Assembly (NCBI GenBank): GCA_020137815.1
Contig: CM035355.1
Span: 6,200,001 to 6,264,000, forward strand
DNA: 64,000 nucleotides
Direction of reading: 5' to 3'
Origin: Hormiphora californensis
Lineage: Eukaryota > Animalia > Ctenophora
Positions within the stretch are counted from its first letter, which is position 1, and each line of letters starts with the position of its first letter. The position numbers and the translations under genes are program-made. Below the pieces are notes generated by a model. The model was not told the origin of the DNA. It saw only the letters and a program-made list of their open reading frames with translations, and searched no databases. This document shows, in pieces, positions 1 through 12,480 of the stretch.

Positions 1-749
1 CCGCGCATTTTGTTCTTGCTTGCGCGCGCTGTGCCACTTGTTCGTCCATACTCGAGCCGAACCAGAAATTTTTCATTTCCACTTTTGTGGATTCTGGGAG
101 GTTTGATCCGGACGGTCTGTACAATTTATTTGCGATTTCGATGGTTTTTCTTTATATCCTGTTTTATTTGTGTCGTTATTGATTCTAAACTTACAAATTC
201 ATCGTTGCCCATGTTTTTCGTTGAAAGAAATTTTTGAAAAAGCTTGAGCAGCCTTCACCAAATGCCTGGATGAATAATTTGTCACTGTTAACTACGTTTT
301 TGCTAGTTGTGTTGTACGCAGTGTCGATCAGTAGATCGTTACTTTTAGGAGCTGATATGTGTGGTTTACCATCGTCGTAGCTAAAAAAGAATGGGCGCTT
401 CTTTTTCAGCACAAAAATCTGGTTCAGATACACTATATTGAGTAAAACACTTTTTCACAATCCAGACCCCTATCGTTACATCTATATAGTTTACAGTCTT
501 AATCTTTGAAACGTTAGAACACTGGCAAACCTCCTCCGCATTTATCACTTAACTGCCGTACAATTTAACAAATTGGGCTGGCGTACTATAAATTTCGATA
601 TCTCTTGGAAGTCGAAATCTTTTTCGAGTGGAGATTTTAGTCATTCTCTTTTCAATATAATTAGTTGAAGCTTCTAAAGTAAACACTGCCATTGTTTGAA
701 AAATACAAATGCCTACTGCCTAGCCTGAAAACCACCACTCTTATACAGA

Positions 750-3311
750 TGTCAGATAAAATCAGAACCCAGACATGACAATGATCCATCAGAACCATAT
801 GTCATAAACCAAGTGAGTTGTCTTGGAGATTCTCGATCGCAGGATATTCTAGTAACAACTGTTTTTAGATCTTTCTACATCAATGTCGCAACATCACCCT
901 CTATAACTATCTTTGCGCTACCCAGGTACCAACTGATATATGATAAACCAGGAATAAAGACTACTAAGTATATGAAGTTTTCACTGCGGTAGCCAGTGCT
1001 TTTCACGATCGAACGATAACCAAAATTTGGGAGACTGGGATGTAGTTGGAACAAGAGACAAGCTTCTACAATGTCCATTGCTAGGCAGGATTACTATATA
1101 TATATATATAGAACGTGGACTACACTGAACACTCACACAACCAATACTAAGAGGTGAATTATCGCAGTAATAGTAATAAATAGTAATATTTTCTCTTCCC
1201 TTCCCTTCCTTCCAGTTTCCCTTCCCTTCCGGCTTCCCCTTTCCCTTCCCTTCCGGCTTCCTCCCTTCCCTTCGGCTTCCTTCGGCTTCCCTTCCTTCCC
1301 TTCCCGTCCTTCCCTTCCTCCTTCCCTTCCCTTCCCTTCCCTTCCCTTCCTCTTCCCTTCCTTACCTTACCTTACTTACCTTACTTACCTTACCTTACCT
1401 TACCTTACCTACTTACCTTACTTACCCTTACCTTGACCTTACCTTACCTTACCTTACCTTACCTTACCTTACCTTACCTTACCTTACCTTACCTTACCTT
1501 ACCTTACCTTACCTTTCCTTACCTTACCTTACCTTACCTTACCTTACCTTACCTTACCTTACCTTACCTTACCTTACCTTACCTTACCTTACCTTACCTT
1601 ACCTTACCTTACCTTACCTTACCTTACCTTACCTTACCTTACCTTACCTTACCTTACCTTACCTTACCTGTACCTTACTCTTCACCTTGACCTTACCTTA
1701 AACCTTACCTTACCTTACCTTCCTTACCTTACCTTACCTACCTTCTTACCTACCTTACCTTACCTTACCTTACCTTACCTTACCTTACCTTACCTACCTA
1801 CTTACCTTACCTTACCTTACCTTACCTTACCTTACCTTACCTTACCTTACCTTACCTTACCTTACCTTACCTTACCTTACCTTACCTTTCCTTACCTTTC
1901 CTTACCCTTCCCTGTCCCTTTCCCTTCCCTTCCCTTCCCTTCCCTTCCTTCCCTTCCCTTCCCTTCCTTCCCTTCCCTTCCCTTCCCTTCCTTCCCTTCC
2001 CTTCCTTCCTTCCCTTCCCTTCCCTTCCCTTCCCTTCCCTTCCCTTCCCTTCCCTTCCCTTCCCCTTCCTTCCTTCCCTTCCCTTCCCTTCCCTTCCCTT
2101 CCTTCCCTTCCTTCGCTTCCCTTCGCTTAACTTACCTTACCTTACCTTACCTTACCTTACCTTACCTTACCTTATACCTTACCTTCGCTTACCTTACCTT
2201 GCCTTGCCTTACCTTGCCTTGCCTTGCCTTGCCTTTTCATTTCATTTCAAAACTCTGCCTATACCTCCCCCTCCTTCTCCCTGCTGCAGGTTCAGGTGAT
2301 TAAAAATGGGGATTCAATAGGGCACTCAGACTACTCACACGAGTTAGATAATTATTGATCCCACTAAACAGATGATATAGGGGATGCTGAACTACCTTTA
2401 CTGTTGACCATAACAACTCCGAGTGTTCACTGTTCCACTGGAGGAGTTCTTATACATGGTAACTTGTCAGGATTGACTGTCAAGGCTTTTTAATCGTCAA
2501 AGCTGTGTTATACCAAAATCATGTTTTACACGTTTCCCTCCCCCTCAGGACTTTACACTGCGCTATCAGAACGGACCAGTAATAATCGAGAGTTACTACT
2601 ACACCCCTAACCATGTGGCTGCTGGTTGATCCAAGTTGGTTGGGGATAGATGAGATCCGGTTGATATAGGTGACTGTGTGGGGCTGTGGCTAGTGTTACT
2701 GTCAGTTATGTCAGGGTGGTCCTGTTGAGAACCTGTTGAGAACCTACTCAGTACTCTTGACATCATATCTAGATGGATGGAATTGAGTGTGTGGGTTACA
2801 GATATATCTGTAACCCACACACTCAATTCCAGGTGTTCAACGGTTGATTGTCCTTCTCAAAAATAGTCTATCAGAGGATAACTACTATCTCACACATCAA
2901 CAGCTACAGCTGCAGGTGGAACAGGAAAGGAAGCAGTGAATCACTGTCAGTTATCGATGGGAAAAGGGGTTATGTTGCATGTCGCGCCCCTCTGTTTCGC
3001 CGTCAAGTGGTTATGGCATCGACATTATGAGTGAGAGCAACCAGTGGTAGATTATGCTTTATAGTTCTCTATATTTTAGTTTGACAAGTCAAATTTTAAT
3101 TCTCTATCATTTTCTCTCACCCTAGCTGCTAGCTACCATTCTATGAATCCTCAATCCCACCTCAGTAGCGTCTCTCTCTCTCATCTTCTCTCTCTTCTCT
3201 CTTCTCTCTCGTCTTTCGTCTGTCATCTTCTCTCTCTCTCTCCTCTCTTCTCTCTCTCTCTCTCTCTCTCTCTGGCTCTCTCTGCTCATCTCTTCTATCT
3301 CTCTCTTCTCT

Positions 3312-3342
<31 letters not shown>

Positions 3343-3347
3343 GCCGT

Positions 3348-3400
<53 letters not shown>

Positions 3401-4420
3401 GTCTCTCTCTCTCTCTCTCTCTCTCTCTGCTCTCTTGCCTATCTACCTCTCTCCGCATTTCTCAATCTCCTCTCTCTTCGTGTATGTAGCTGAATGTGAT
3501 GTTATGTTTTTCAGTTTGTTTAGCAGACATTAAACCTGGCCCTGCCTTACCAACAACCGCCCCTAGTAATCCCTGGTAACCGTTTATCTTCCCTGGGTGG
3601 TAAACTTTCCTAGTAACCCCGTAGGGCTACTAGGAAAGTGTCATGTTGTTCGGGGCCCCGAACAACATGACGCTTGCTATTCCCACGATAGCAGAAATGA
3701 AATATAACCTATTCTCTCTATTCTCTCTACAGATAACGTTACGATAAGAGAGTCGAAGGATCTTTTAAACTGCACTGGGGAAACAATAATGAATTGTCGA
3801 ACCTAATGGTGAGTTTACAACCCATCTAACACTGTCCCCCCTTTACGAACCCTCTAACACTGTTGCCTCTCAGGACGGAGATCTTGAAGAGTAACAGCCC
3901 AGCAGTCAAGAGATCTCCACTGGAAGCCATGACCCATACTGATAAGGAGATCACATCTCGACCTGAAGCTGATGATGTGGAGGATTACTGTGATAAGATT
4001 TGTGTCCAGCTCTAACCCCAGTTAGGTTGCTTTTCTCAATCCCCTAACTGCTAATTTACACTCTCGTGTACTCTTATAATAGCCCATGTTATATCAAATC
4101 ACTCAACTATTTATCCCACCCCAACACCCCTAACTCACCCCCTAATCAACCAGGCCCTAACACCTAACACCCCATCTCCTCCTCTCCAGGTCCACCCAGA
4201 GCCGGAATCCGAGTTGAATGTAACAAACTGCACCGCATGTTATTCAGACGGCGACACCCATGGGTGCAGCTGTTGTGATATGTGCTGTGATGTCAGGACA
4301 TTGAAACAGAATCGTCCTTACTCCCCTACTGCACTGCATTTATCATCTACTGTCTGCAGTATTGATCCAGCTCCATTTTGGCTGTTTACATGGAATGGAA
4401 ATGAATTGGAAATACAGTGA
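750..4420 (+). CDS. Unidentified multi-exon gene (fragmentary, indel-noisy), ending in a Cys-rich exon
   Basis: Series of AG...GT-bounded segments (about 750-812, 869-925, 2290-2458, 2550-2669, to 2786, 2833-2915, 3733-3808, 3874-4020, 4190-4420). Some join in frame (ENLLSTLDIISRWMEL|SVQRLIVLLKNSLSEDNYYLTHQQLQLQ); last exon reads NCTACYSDGDTHGCSCCDMCCDVR. Frames broken in several exons. Confidence 0.35.
1190..2240. repeat. Compound pentanucleotide microsatellite (CCCTT)n-(CCTTA)n-(CCCTT)n-(CCTTA/CCTTG)n
   Basis: Directly visible, about 1 kb, intronic. Confidence 0.97.
2778..2831. repeat. Perfect 54-bp palindrome overlapping a 46-nt intron
   Basis: tggaattgagtgtgtgggttacagata|tatctgtaacccacacactcaattcca. 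Confidence 0.9.
3170..3478. repeat. (CT)n microsatellite, imperfect
   Basis: Directly visible. Confidence 0.95.
3602..3699. repeat. Three adjacent hairpins (possible miniature Helentron/MITE remnant)
   Basis: ctttcctagt..actaggaaag; gtcatgttgttcggg-gc-cccgaacaacatgac; tgctat..atagca. Confidence 0.6.
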
Positions 4421-4779
4421 ATGGACCCATAAACAATACCGAACATATATATTATCATCCCTGTAATTGGGAGGAGAATACAGAGCGGAATTTTCGTTAT
4501 AGAGTGTTTTGATTATTGAGCTGACCTAATAATGAAATCCTTTAATTGATGTTTTCTGTTTTATTGCGGCTCATTGCCACTACCCACTGCGGTAGTTTTG
4601 ATAAATTGGTCGACTTTATAACTGCTGTTCATAGGACACCATTGTATGATATACCTTCCCCACGGCCAACTCTATATTGTATTAGCATGTTGGGACTCCC
4701 AAGTCCCATATTTCCGTTTAACTTACTATCTCAATGGTGCCCTGCAAGTTTCCAAGACGACCGGCCATTTTAGGTGACA

Positions 4780-5480
4780 AAATCCAGTTTTCAGTCACAC
4801 TCACAGTCTGAACGAACTAACATGTACCGCGCGAAAAAAGCTCTCAGCGCGCGCGTGAGGATGCCAGTGTCAGTTTCAGTTAGCGGTACCGCCGACGAAA
4901 AGCCGGACGGCGGCGCGCACTGCACGGAAAACGTTAAAATCTGGGTTTATTTGAGTGAGTGATTTTAAGATTTATTTATTTATTACTAACCCCAACACCG
5001 GGGGCAAATGATCGAACCCAATGTGAATGAGACTCATCGCGATTAACTCTTCATACGGTTACCCCCTTTCTCTCTTCGGCAGCTTCTCTTCGGCTGTCGG
5101 AAAGTGATGCCAATCGGTGTTGGGGTTAGTGAATGAGAAAAAAAAAAAAAAAAATTAAAATCTGGGTGCCTTTCATTGCTAACAATTCGTAGTTTTAGCG
5201 CGCGCGACGGGTTAGGGCTATCCGTTAGGGTCTGGTTAGGGTTTGGTTTGGGGTTATCGGTTAGGGCTATCGATTCTCTATCAGTTACCGTTTAGTTTAC
5301 TCAAATTGGCCATGTGGTTGCGTGGCTATAGCCGTTTGAAAAAAGTCGGTCTAAGTATACTCTTTTGGCAGCGCGCACCTGTAAACACGCTGCAAGGCAC
5401 CCAGATTATAATCGCGCCCATTCTGCACTGTTCTCGTTTTTTTAAAACGTCTCTTTCGTTACGGTGCTCATCTTTGGCAT
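4780..5480. mobile_element. Dispersed repeat with degenerate GGTTAG runs; related to the inverted copy near 33.9-34.3 kb
   Basis: cgttaaaatctgggt and ttttggcagcgcgcacctgt recur as reverse complements at about 34140-34154 and 33965-33985. Confidence 0.6.
4947..5154 (+). mobile_element. Short inserted element with 16-bp internal inverted repeat, A17 tail and 13-bp TSD (SINE-like)
   Basis: Direct repeat ttaaaatctgggt at 4934-4946 and 5155-5167; A-run 5138-5154; actaaccccaacaccg...cggtgttggggttagt; single-copy empty site in the related repeat at about 34140. Confidence 0.7.
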
Positions 5481-6069
5481 GAGCTGCAGTCAGCAGTTCC
5501 CGTGAGGGGAACTGTAGCTTAGGCCAGCACTCATCTGCTGGACATAGATGTTTGGACAGAGTTTGAATCAAGACGCTCAAATGAGCTTGAATCAGCCCAA
5601 AACTCTCCTAAATGTGACCAAAAGGGAGCAGTATTGGATCATTTTTAACCAATTTAACGGTTAAATTAACTCCAGAAATGCATTTCCTTGTATTTTCATC
5701 TTTTTCACTTCATGCTCCAAAGTGCGTACGGCGTCTGCATGGTAGAGCCACCCCTGTTCCAATTTCCATCCAGCCAAGTTTGCCGAATTCTAAAGATCGA
5801 ACCCCATCTTCCATCATATTGAAATTTTAAATGTTGGGAATGACCTGGTATTTTTCCAACAAAGGTCTCAACAAAGTCTCATGCCCAACAGCAAGCACCT
5901 CGATGCATGATCAAATTTGGGAGTATAGAATAATCGATCCAAGTAAGAGCTTTCATGAGCTATCGTATCTTTTGTTTAGTGAGGCCGAACGTGAACTTTT
6001 CAAGAATGCAAGAAAGCCCATGATAATTATGTGTGAGTACCTTGTTATGTTCCAATTTCAAACCCTCCC

Positions 6070-7410
6070 CACGGCGTGCCTGGTGAAATTTTAACACGAC
6101 CTAGCATGCAACGGGAAACCACCACTTGTACGTGGTAGCTGAGGGTCTACAGAATGGCGCTACGGCGCGGGAAAAAAAAGTCCATGCCCTAAAATCGTTT
6201 TTTTTACTTTTATTTGATTTGGGTCAAAATTGGCTATATTAAACGTGGTCCGGAAAAATCCATAATGACTTAGCACACGAAATATGTCACCCCCACCTAT
6301 TTTTGCACGTAGAATCGATTGCCGTTGAAGTCGAATCTCTAAAATGACTGTAAAATGGTCAAAAGTTGATTTTTTACCATTTTTTGGAGGTTTTTGGCCC
6401 CTAAACCATTGAAAACGTTGAGATAGGAATTTGAAACTAGTGTTAATCGTTAAAATGGTCATTTTTCTACCAAGAACCAAGTTTTCGTGTATATCCGATT
6501 TATGGTTAGATTTGGGCAAATTGTTGAAATCTGCCAACTAGGAGAACCGTAACTTGATTTTCTTGTTTTTTGGATTTTGGCATTTTTGACAAACTTTTGA
6601 TTGAAATGGTCAATCGGGACTATGCTTAAGTTGTTGATGGGACAATTTTCGACTAAAATCCAAGATTTCATACCAATAGAATAACAGATCGTTGATTTAT
6701 AGAAAATTTAAGTAGGCAAAACGGTCAAAATGACAACTTTTCTTGCTTATTTTGACCGTTTTGCCTACTTAAATTTTCTATAAATCAACGATCTGTTATT
6801 CTATTGGTATCAAATCTTGGATTTTAGTCGAAAATTGTCCCATCAACAACTTAAGCATGGTCCCGATTGACTATTTCAATCAGAAGTTTGTCAAAAATGC
6901 CAAAATCCAAAAAACAAGAAAATCAAGTTACGGTTCTCCTAGTTGGCAGATTTCAACAATTTGCCCAAATCTAACCATAAATCGGATATACACGAAAACT
7001 TGGTTCTTGGTAGAAAAATGACCATTTTAACGATTAACACTAGTTTCAAATTCCTATCTCAACGTTTTCAATGGTTTAGGGGCCAAAACCCTCCAAAAAA
7101 TGGTAAAAAATCAACTTTTGACCATTTTACAGTCATTTTAGAGATTCGACTTCAACGGCAATCGATTCTACGTGCAAAAATAGGTGGGGGTGACATATTT
7201 CGTGTGCTAAGTCATTATGGATTTTTCGGGACCACGTTTAATATAGCCAATTTTGACCCAAATCAAATAAAAGTAAAAAAAACGATTTTAGGGCATGGAC
7301 TTTTTTTCCCCGCACCGTAGCGCCATTCTGTAGACCCTCAGCTACCACGTACAAGTGGTGGTTTCCCGTTGCATGCTAGGTCGTGTTAAAATTTCACCAG
7401 GCACGCTGTG
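6070..7410. mobile_element. Non-autonomous foldback DNA transposon, Chapaev (CMC)-like, copy 1
   Basis: About 660-bp inverted arms around a short spacer; termini CACGGCGTG...CACGCTGTG; 4-bp TSD tccc. CAC/GTG ends with 4-bp TSD match Chapaev. Confidence 0.85.
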
Positions 7411-7590
7411 TCCCTTATGCGATAAGAGGGTCAAGTAGGGCAATATGCACCTGGCACCTGGGGCATAATTATTTTCGTTCCGAAACCTCCTTAGAAATCA
7501 ATCATATCAATGACTCGTATAAATAGGGGTTTTAGTACGTAATTACATTGATGTAGCAGTGAGTTCACTCGTCACAGAGTTGGTATTAAG

Positions 7591-9652
7591 CAGGAAACGA
7601 CCGAACCGGGTTTTTTTCCACCGAACCGAACCGAACCGAATTTGAAAAACTTTTTTACCGAACCGAACCGAACCGAATTTCGGTAACCGAACCGAACCGA
7701 ACCATACAAAACTTTTTCTGTATAAATGTTTCTCTAAAAAGTCATGGAGAGCACCGATCAAGGTATTGAGAATCATTCTCTGAAATTTTGTTAAAAAATG
7801 TTTGAAAAAATTTCAAAGTCAATTTTGTGAAAAATTTTTCAAAGTCAATTTTATCGTAAATTTTCTATGTCAATTTTTGCGTACGAATCGTGTTTCGAAT
7901 CGGCAATGCTATACGGGAATGGTATTGCTAATTAGCAGGATTAAACGAACCATGAATCGTGTCTCTCTAAATTTCCTAATTAGATTTGATGGGGGATCAC
8001 GTATCAGCACAATCCATCTCGGACCCACTAATTACCAACATCACTCCCGTTTAGCAATACCGATTCGAAACACGATTCGTATACCATAATTTACTTAAAA
8101 TATTTTTCACAAAAAAAATTTCACAAAATTTCAGGTAATGATTCTCAATACCTTGATCGATGCTCTCCATGAATTTTTAGAGAAACATTTAATTTTGTGA
8201 AAAAACTTTGTAAAATATTTCAAAGTCAATTTCGGAAAAAAAAATTCTATGTCAATTTTGCCGTACGAATCGTGTTGCGAATCGGTGATGCTATGCGGCA
8301 GTGCTCTCGCTAATTAGCAGGATTTATTGAAACATGAATCGTTTCCCCTAAACTTCCTAATTAGATTTGATGGGGGATCACGTATCAGCATAATCCATCT
8401 CGGACCCACTAATTAGCAACATCACTCCCGCTTAGCAATACCGATTCGAAACACGATTCGTACACAAAAATTGACATAGAAAATTTTCCATAAAATTGAC
8501 TTTGAAATATTTTCCAAACTTTTTTTTACAAAATTTCAGAGAATGATTCTTAACACCTTGATCGGTGCTCTCCATGAATTTTTCGAAAAAAAAATTCTGA
8601 ATTTGTTGACCCTCTCATGAGGACACGATTCGACGGGAAGTCAGGTATCAAATCAATCCATATCGAACCCGCTAACTAGAAAAATCATTTCCACGTAGCA
8701 CCACCGATTCGAAATAGGGTTAATACGGCGAAATTGACATTGAAATCCATTTGGTATCGAAGACACCTCACACTCTGTTTAGAGGTATCAGAAGGGCTTG
8801 CCCTATTTTTATAGCGCGCCCAAAACGTTATACTGAGCACTGAAAAGTTGTAGTCTACACTACATGGTTCTAGCTAAGGGGTTTGAGCCGCGCACAGGGC
8901 CACACCGAGACCAAATCTCGTTACTTTCCTGATTTCTTTGACACAAACAAGTATTGCAGAGCGGCCAATAGAGCTGGCGGTTTCAAACTTCGTCCGTATT
9001 CGGAGGGATAGATTAGCAGTTCAGTGTTTCAAACCAGGTTTAATTTGGCAAAGTAGAAGCTGAGTTACAACATGTTTTGTACAAATGGTTCAACTTCAAG
9101 ACCTTTTTAATTTTGATGGCCAGACCTTTCAAGATAGAAACTTCAAACTTTGCCACGATCTTTGATATGATGTTAAGCATACCTGACCTACTTTTTCAAA
9201 AAATTTTTTCATCATTAACACCTAAAACTGATTTCAAAACCAAGGTTCCGGGGATAATTTTTTAAATATGAGTACAGAATTATAATTTTCAGACAATTTG
9301 GTGGGGAATACCAAATTTTGGTGCATTTTCATTGAGTGGTTGAGGAGCTATTAATTTTTGAAGTGAATCAAAGCGGGTTTGTTACCCCTACTCAGGCCGC
9401 TTCGCGGCCTTCGTTTGGCGTGCTTCGCACGCCGCGCCGGCAAGGGAGGGGTAACTTCGTTACCAAGAAATCCATACAATTTTCGTGAAATAATTGAAAA
9501 ATTTTGCATGAAAAAGCCCGATTTCTGGGCATTTTTTGACCAAAAAATTCGGTGGTTCGGCCAAAATTTCCTACCGAACCGAACCGAACCGAACCGCCCA
9601 AAAAACACCGAATTTCCGAACCGAACCGAACCGAATATTCGGTCGCTTCCTG
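7591..9652. mobile_element. Non-autonomous hAT-like DNA transposon
   Basis: TIR caggaaacgaccgaa...ttcggtcgcttcctg; 8-bp TSD gtattaag (7583-7590, 9653-9660); subterminal (CCGAA)n arrays at both ends; internal nested inverted repeats 7720-8600; no transposase ORF. Confidence 0.88.
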
Positions 9653-9928
9653 GTATTAAGATGCTTGTGAATTATCTGCACACTCTGTGTCAGTGTAATG
9701 AAAGTGCGACCACTTGTTATTTCGTGTGTAAGAGTCAGCACGTTATTGTAGTGTAAGTCTCTGTTCTGAAGATAACATAAAGCGGAAAAGTCCGCTAGGA
9801 CATCCCCCATATTAAAATCCCAACCCGGAATGTTTAGTCTTTACCTGAAACCGAAGACCTAGAGTCCGTAACCCATTGAGGAACTCAGATTTATTAATAA
9901 AACATGTTCCCTCCCTAGTTCTAGCACC

Positions 9929-10456
9929 ATGGAGTACAGTCAAAAGATTGACCGAGCACAGAAGTTGAATGAACAACTTCGACGTGAAGCTAATGTAGAA
10001 CGTATGCTAGTTTCTGAAGCTATAAAAATGTAGGTAGCATCTCCCTCTCTTTCTTTCTCTCTTCCTCTCTAGCTCTCTTCCTCTCTTTCCCTCGCCAACG
10101 TAGATTTTCTGTCAGACTGTCAACTTGCTCTATGTCTCCCTCTCTTCCTCCCACCCCCTCACTATATTAAGAATATTATATGTCTTTTCGCCCCCTACTC
10201 TCATATAAACCTGAATTGTCCCATCGCCACACTTCCTTTTACAGTCTGATAGATTATAACACACCCGAAACACCCCATGAAACCTGGTTGCTATGGTAAC
10301 CATCTCCGTATCTCCGTTACTATGACAACCCCAAATCCTAACACCTCATTTTACAGCCTGATAGAGTACACACAGAACACCCCGGATCCCCTGCTGTCAC
10401 CCGGTGATAAGAGGAACAACCCCTTCGTGGAAAAGAAGGCCTGTGCCATTCTGTAA
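9929..10456 (+). CDS. GNG: Heterotrimeric G-protein gamma subunit (exons 9929-10029, 10357-10456)
   Basis: MEYSQKIDRAQKLNEQLRREANVERMLVSEAIKI|LIEYTQNTPDPLLSPGDKRNNPFVEKKACAIL*: GGL motifs DPLL and NPF, CAAX box CAIL. Confidence 0.95.
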
Positions 10457-10944
10457 TCAGGTTAGTCACACACAGAACAGCTGGTACACCCCCCTCCCGT
10501 GACAAGGTCTTTGTGCTACCATGTATGTTTGTGCGACTGTGAGTATGTGTGGGATGGGAAGGGTGGGGATGTTGTATAATTCATGTGAGAGGGTTGGAGA
10601 AGACAGGGTGGCGTATGAGTTTTTCTATCGAAAGCCAAGAAATTGTGTTCCCTTTATTTCGCTCTAAAAGATAGAGAGGGTAAAAAGAGGGAGAGAGAGA
10701 AGGAGAACGGGAGATAGAGAGAGAAAGACAGAGAGACAGAGCTAGAGAGAGGAAGATTTTTGGTATTTATACCCGTTTCGTTCTAGTATTTTATTTGACC
10801 CGCGAAGAAAACTGTGGATTTGCGTTGGTGTCCATGCATGTTGAAGTATTATCTCACTAGCTGTCATTGCAGATCGTGGGTCCATTATTTCTTTCATTAT
10901 CTTTTCTTTAGTCTTAAAATTGATAAATGATATGCACTCTTTCT

Positions 10945-10996
10945 TTCTCTCCCTTCCCTCGATCTCTCTCTCTACCCGATCTCTCTCACCCTATCT

Positions 10997-11061
<65 letters not shown>

Positions 11062-11067
11062 TCTCTC

Positions 11068-11116
<49 letters not shown>
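10945..11116. repeat. (CT)n microsatellite (others at about 11522-11578, 12058-12092, 26674-26740, 28730-28927, 39010-39164)
   Basis: Directly visible. Confidence 0.95.
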
Positions 11117-11521
11117 TCCCGATCACCACATCACACTTTACAACTGTTTTTTCTGTCATCTCACGACGTATGACCTTTCTCTCTATTCTCGCCATACTTT
11201 CATCACTATTTTTCCATGAAAATAAAAGCGCAATCTATCTCAAAACGAAGTCGAAGTTTAAAGTCTCATCTGATATCATAAACAAAATGGTTGGGGATTC
11301 TTTTCACACACTGTTGTGTGTATCATGTGTATTGAACAATCTTAATGTCTATTCTACAAAACGTCGCCTGCTCTCACGTGTCCATCAATTAGCATTCGTA
11401 CTATCTTTTCTCTCTCTCTTGCAATCTTTCTTTCCTTTCTTGTCTTTTCCTTTCTCTGTCTTTTTCTCTCTATGTCTCCATTTCTCAATTTTCTCTCTCT
11501 CCATCTTTCAAGCAAAGCCAG

Positions 11522-11579
<58 letters not shown>

Positions 11580-12054
11580 TCGTTTTCTTGAAGAGAGGAG
11601 CTGTAATTGGAAGGCAGGAAATATCTCAACACGTGACTTTTGTAGAGTAGCCTTGAGTGCAAAACTTTGAAAACAAGGCCAAGCAAGATGGAAGACATCA
11701 ATATCATTGTTCCCATTTCATTCCGTCCCCACTATTCCCTCCTTTGTGATGATAAAAGTTAATGGCCCTCACTTTCTCCTGAATAATTCATGAGATCGAG
11801 CGCCCCTTATTCTTCTCTCCCGCCCTCCCACACACACTCAGAATAGCACAAAATGCGGCGCTAGTTGAGTGTCAGTGAGAGAGAAAGAGAAATACAGGGC
11901 GATAGAAATAGAGGGGAGGGATAGAAATAGAGGTAAGGGGGGAGGGATAGAGAGGTAGAAATATAAAGGAATAGTAACTCTCTCGTACAGAAGAAGCAGT
12001 ACAAAGCCATGTGTACACGCACACATACTACAACGCCCATTGCCCGTCACTGGC

Positions 12055-12097
<43 letters not shown>

Positions 12098-12480
12098 AGT
12101 TGGTCCACCTGCCACCACCTCCAATCGGTTTCCCCCGGGCAACGGGGTCACACGGAGTACCTTTTTCCCCATCCCCTGTTCGATTTCCAGGTCCGTGTGG
12201 CCGCGGCTGAGCGTGGCTGTGTATCAGAAATACGGAAAAAAATCAGAAAATACAAAATACAAAAACATCTTGGCGAGGCGGCCCACAGTGTATTATCGCC
12301 AACTAGTATGTTCCTACCCCGCCTTCTCCGGCTCAGGGTTACCAGTGGAACAGGCATCTTCCAGCCAACTGTGGACCCCCAACGCCCCTTTATCCGCTAA
12401 CCAATACTGTTTTTGTTCTACTAGCCCCCCTAACCCACTTCTTCCATTTTTGATAGGGTTCTACATCGGAGATGATTATT

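Noticed and set aside
60-645. Possible minus-strand ORF (MTKISTRKRFRLPRDIEIY... / ...SYDDGKPHISAPKSNDLL...)
   Set aside because: Broken by stops and frameshifts, with no recognisable domain.
1190-2240. (CCTTA)n as a telomeric array or a YLTLP repeat protein
   Set aside because: TAAGG is neither TTAGG nor TTAGGG; it grades into CCCTT, so it is an ordinary intronic microsatellite.
3143-3493. SL- and RE-repeat ORFs here and at 10.9-11.7, 26.5-26.8, 28.7-29.0, 38.8-39.2 and 56.3-56.9 kb
   Set aside because: Translations of (CT)n/(GA)n microsatellites.
4190-4330. CTACY..CCDMCCDVR resembles the ERGIC3 CxSCYG..CCNTCxDVR motif
   Set aside because: Flanking exons show no recognisable ERGIC3 similarity; a profile search is needed before naming.
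6160-7320. Four near-identical 125-aa ORFs (MADFNNLPKS...) here and at 54-55 kb
   Set aside because: By-product of palindromic transposon arms; TTG start, no transposase motifs, frameshifted in one arm.
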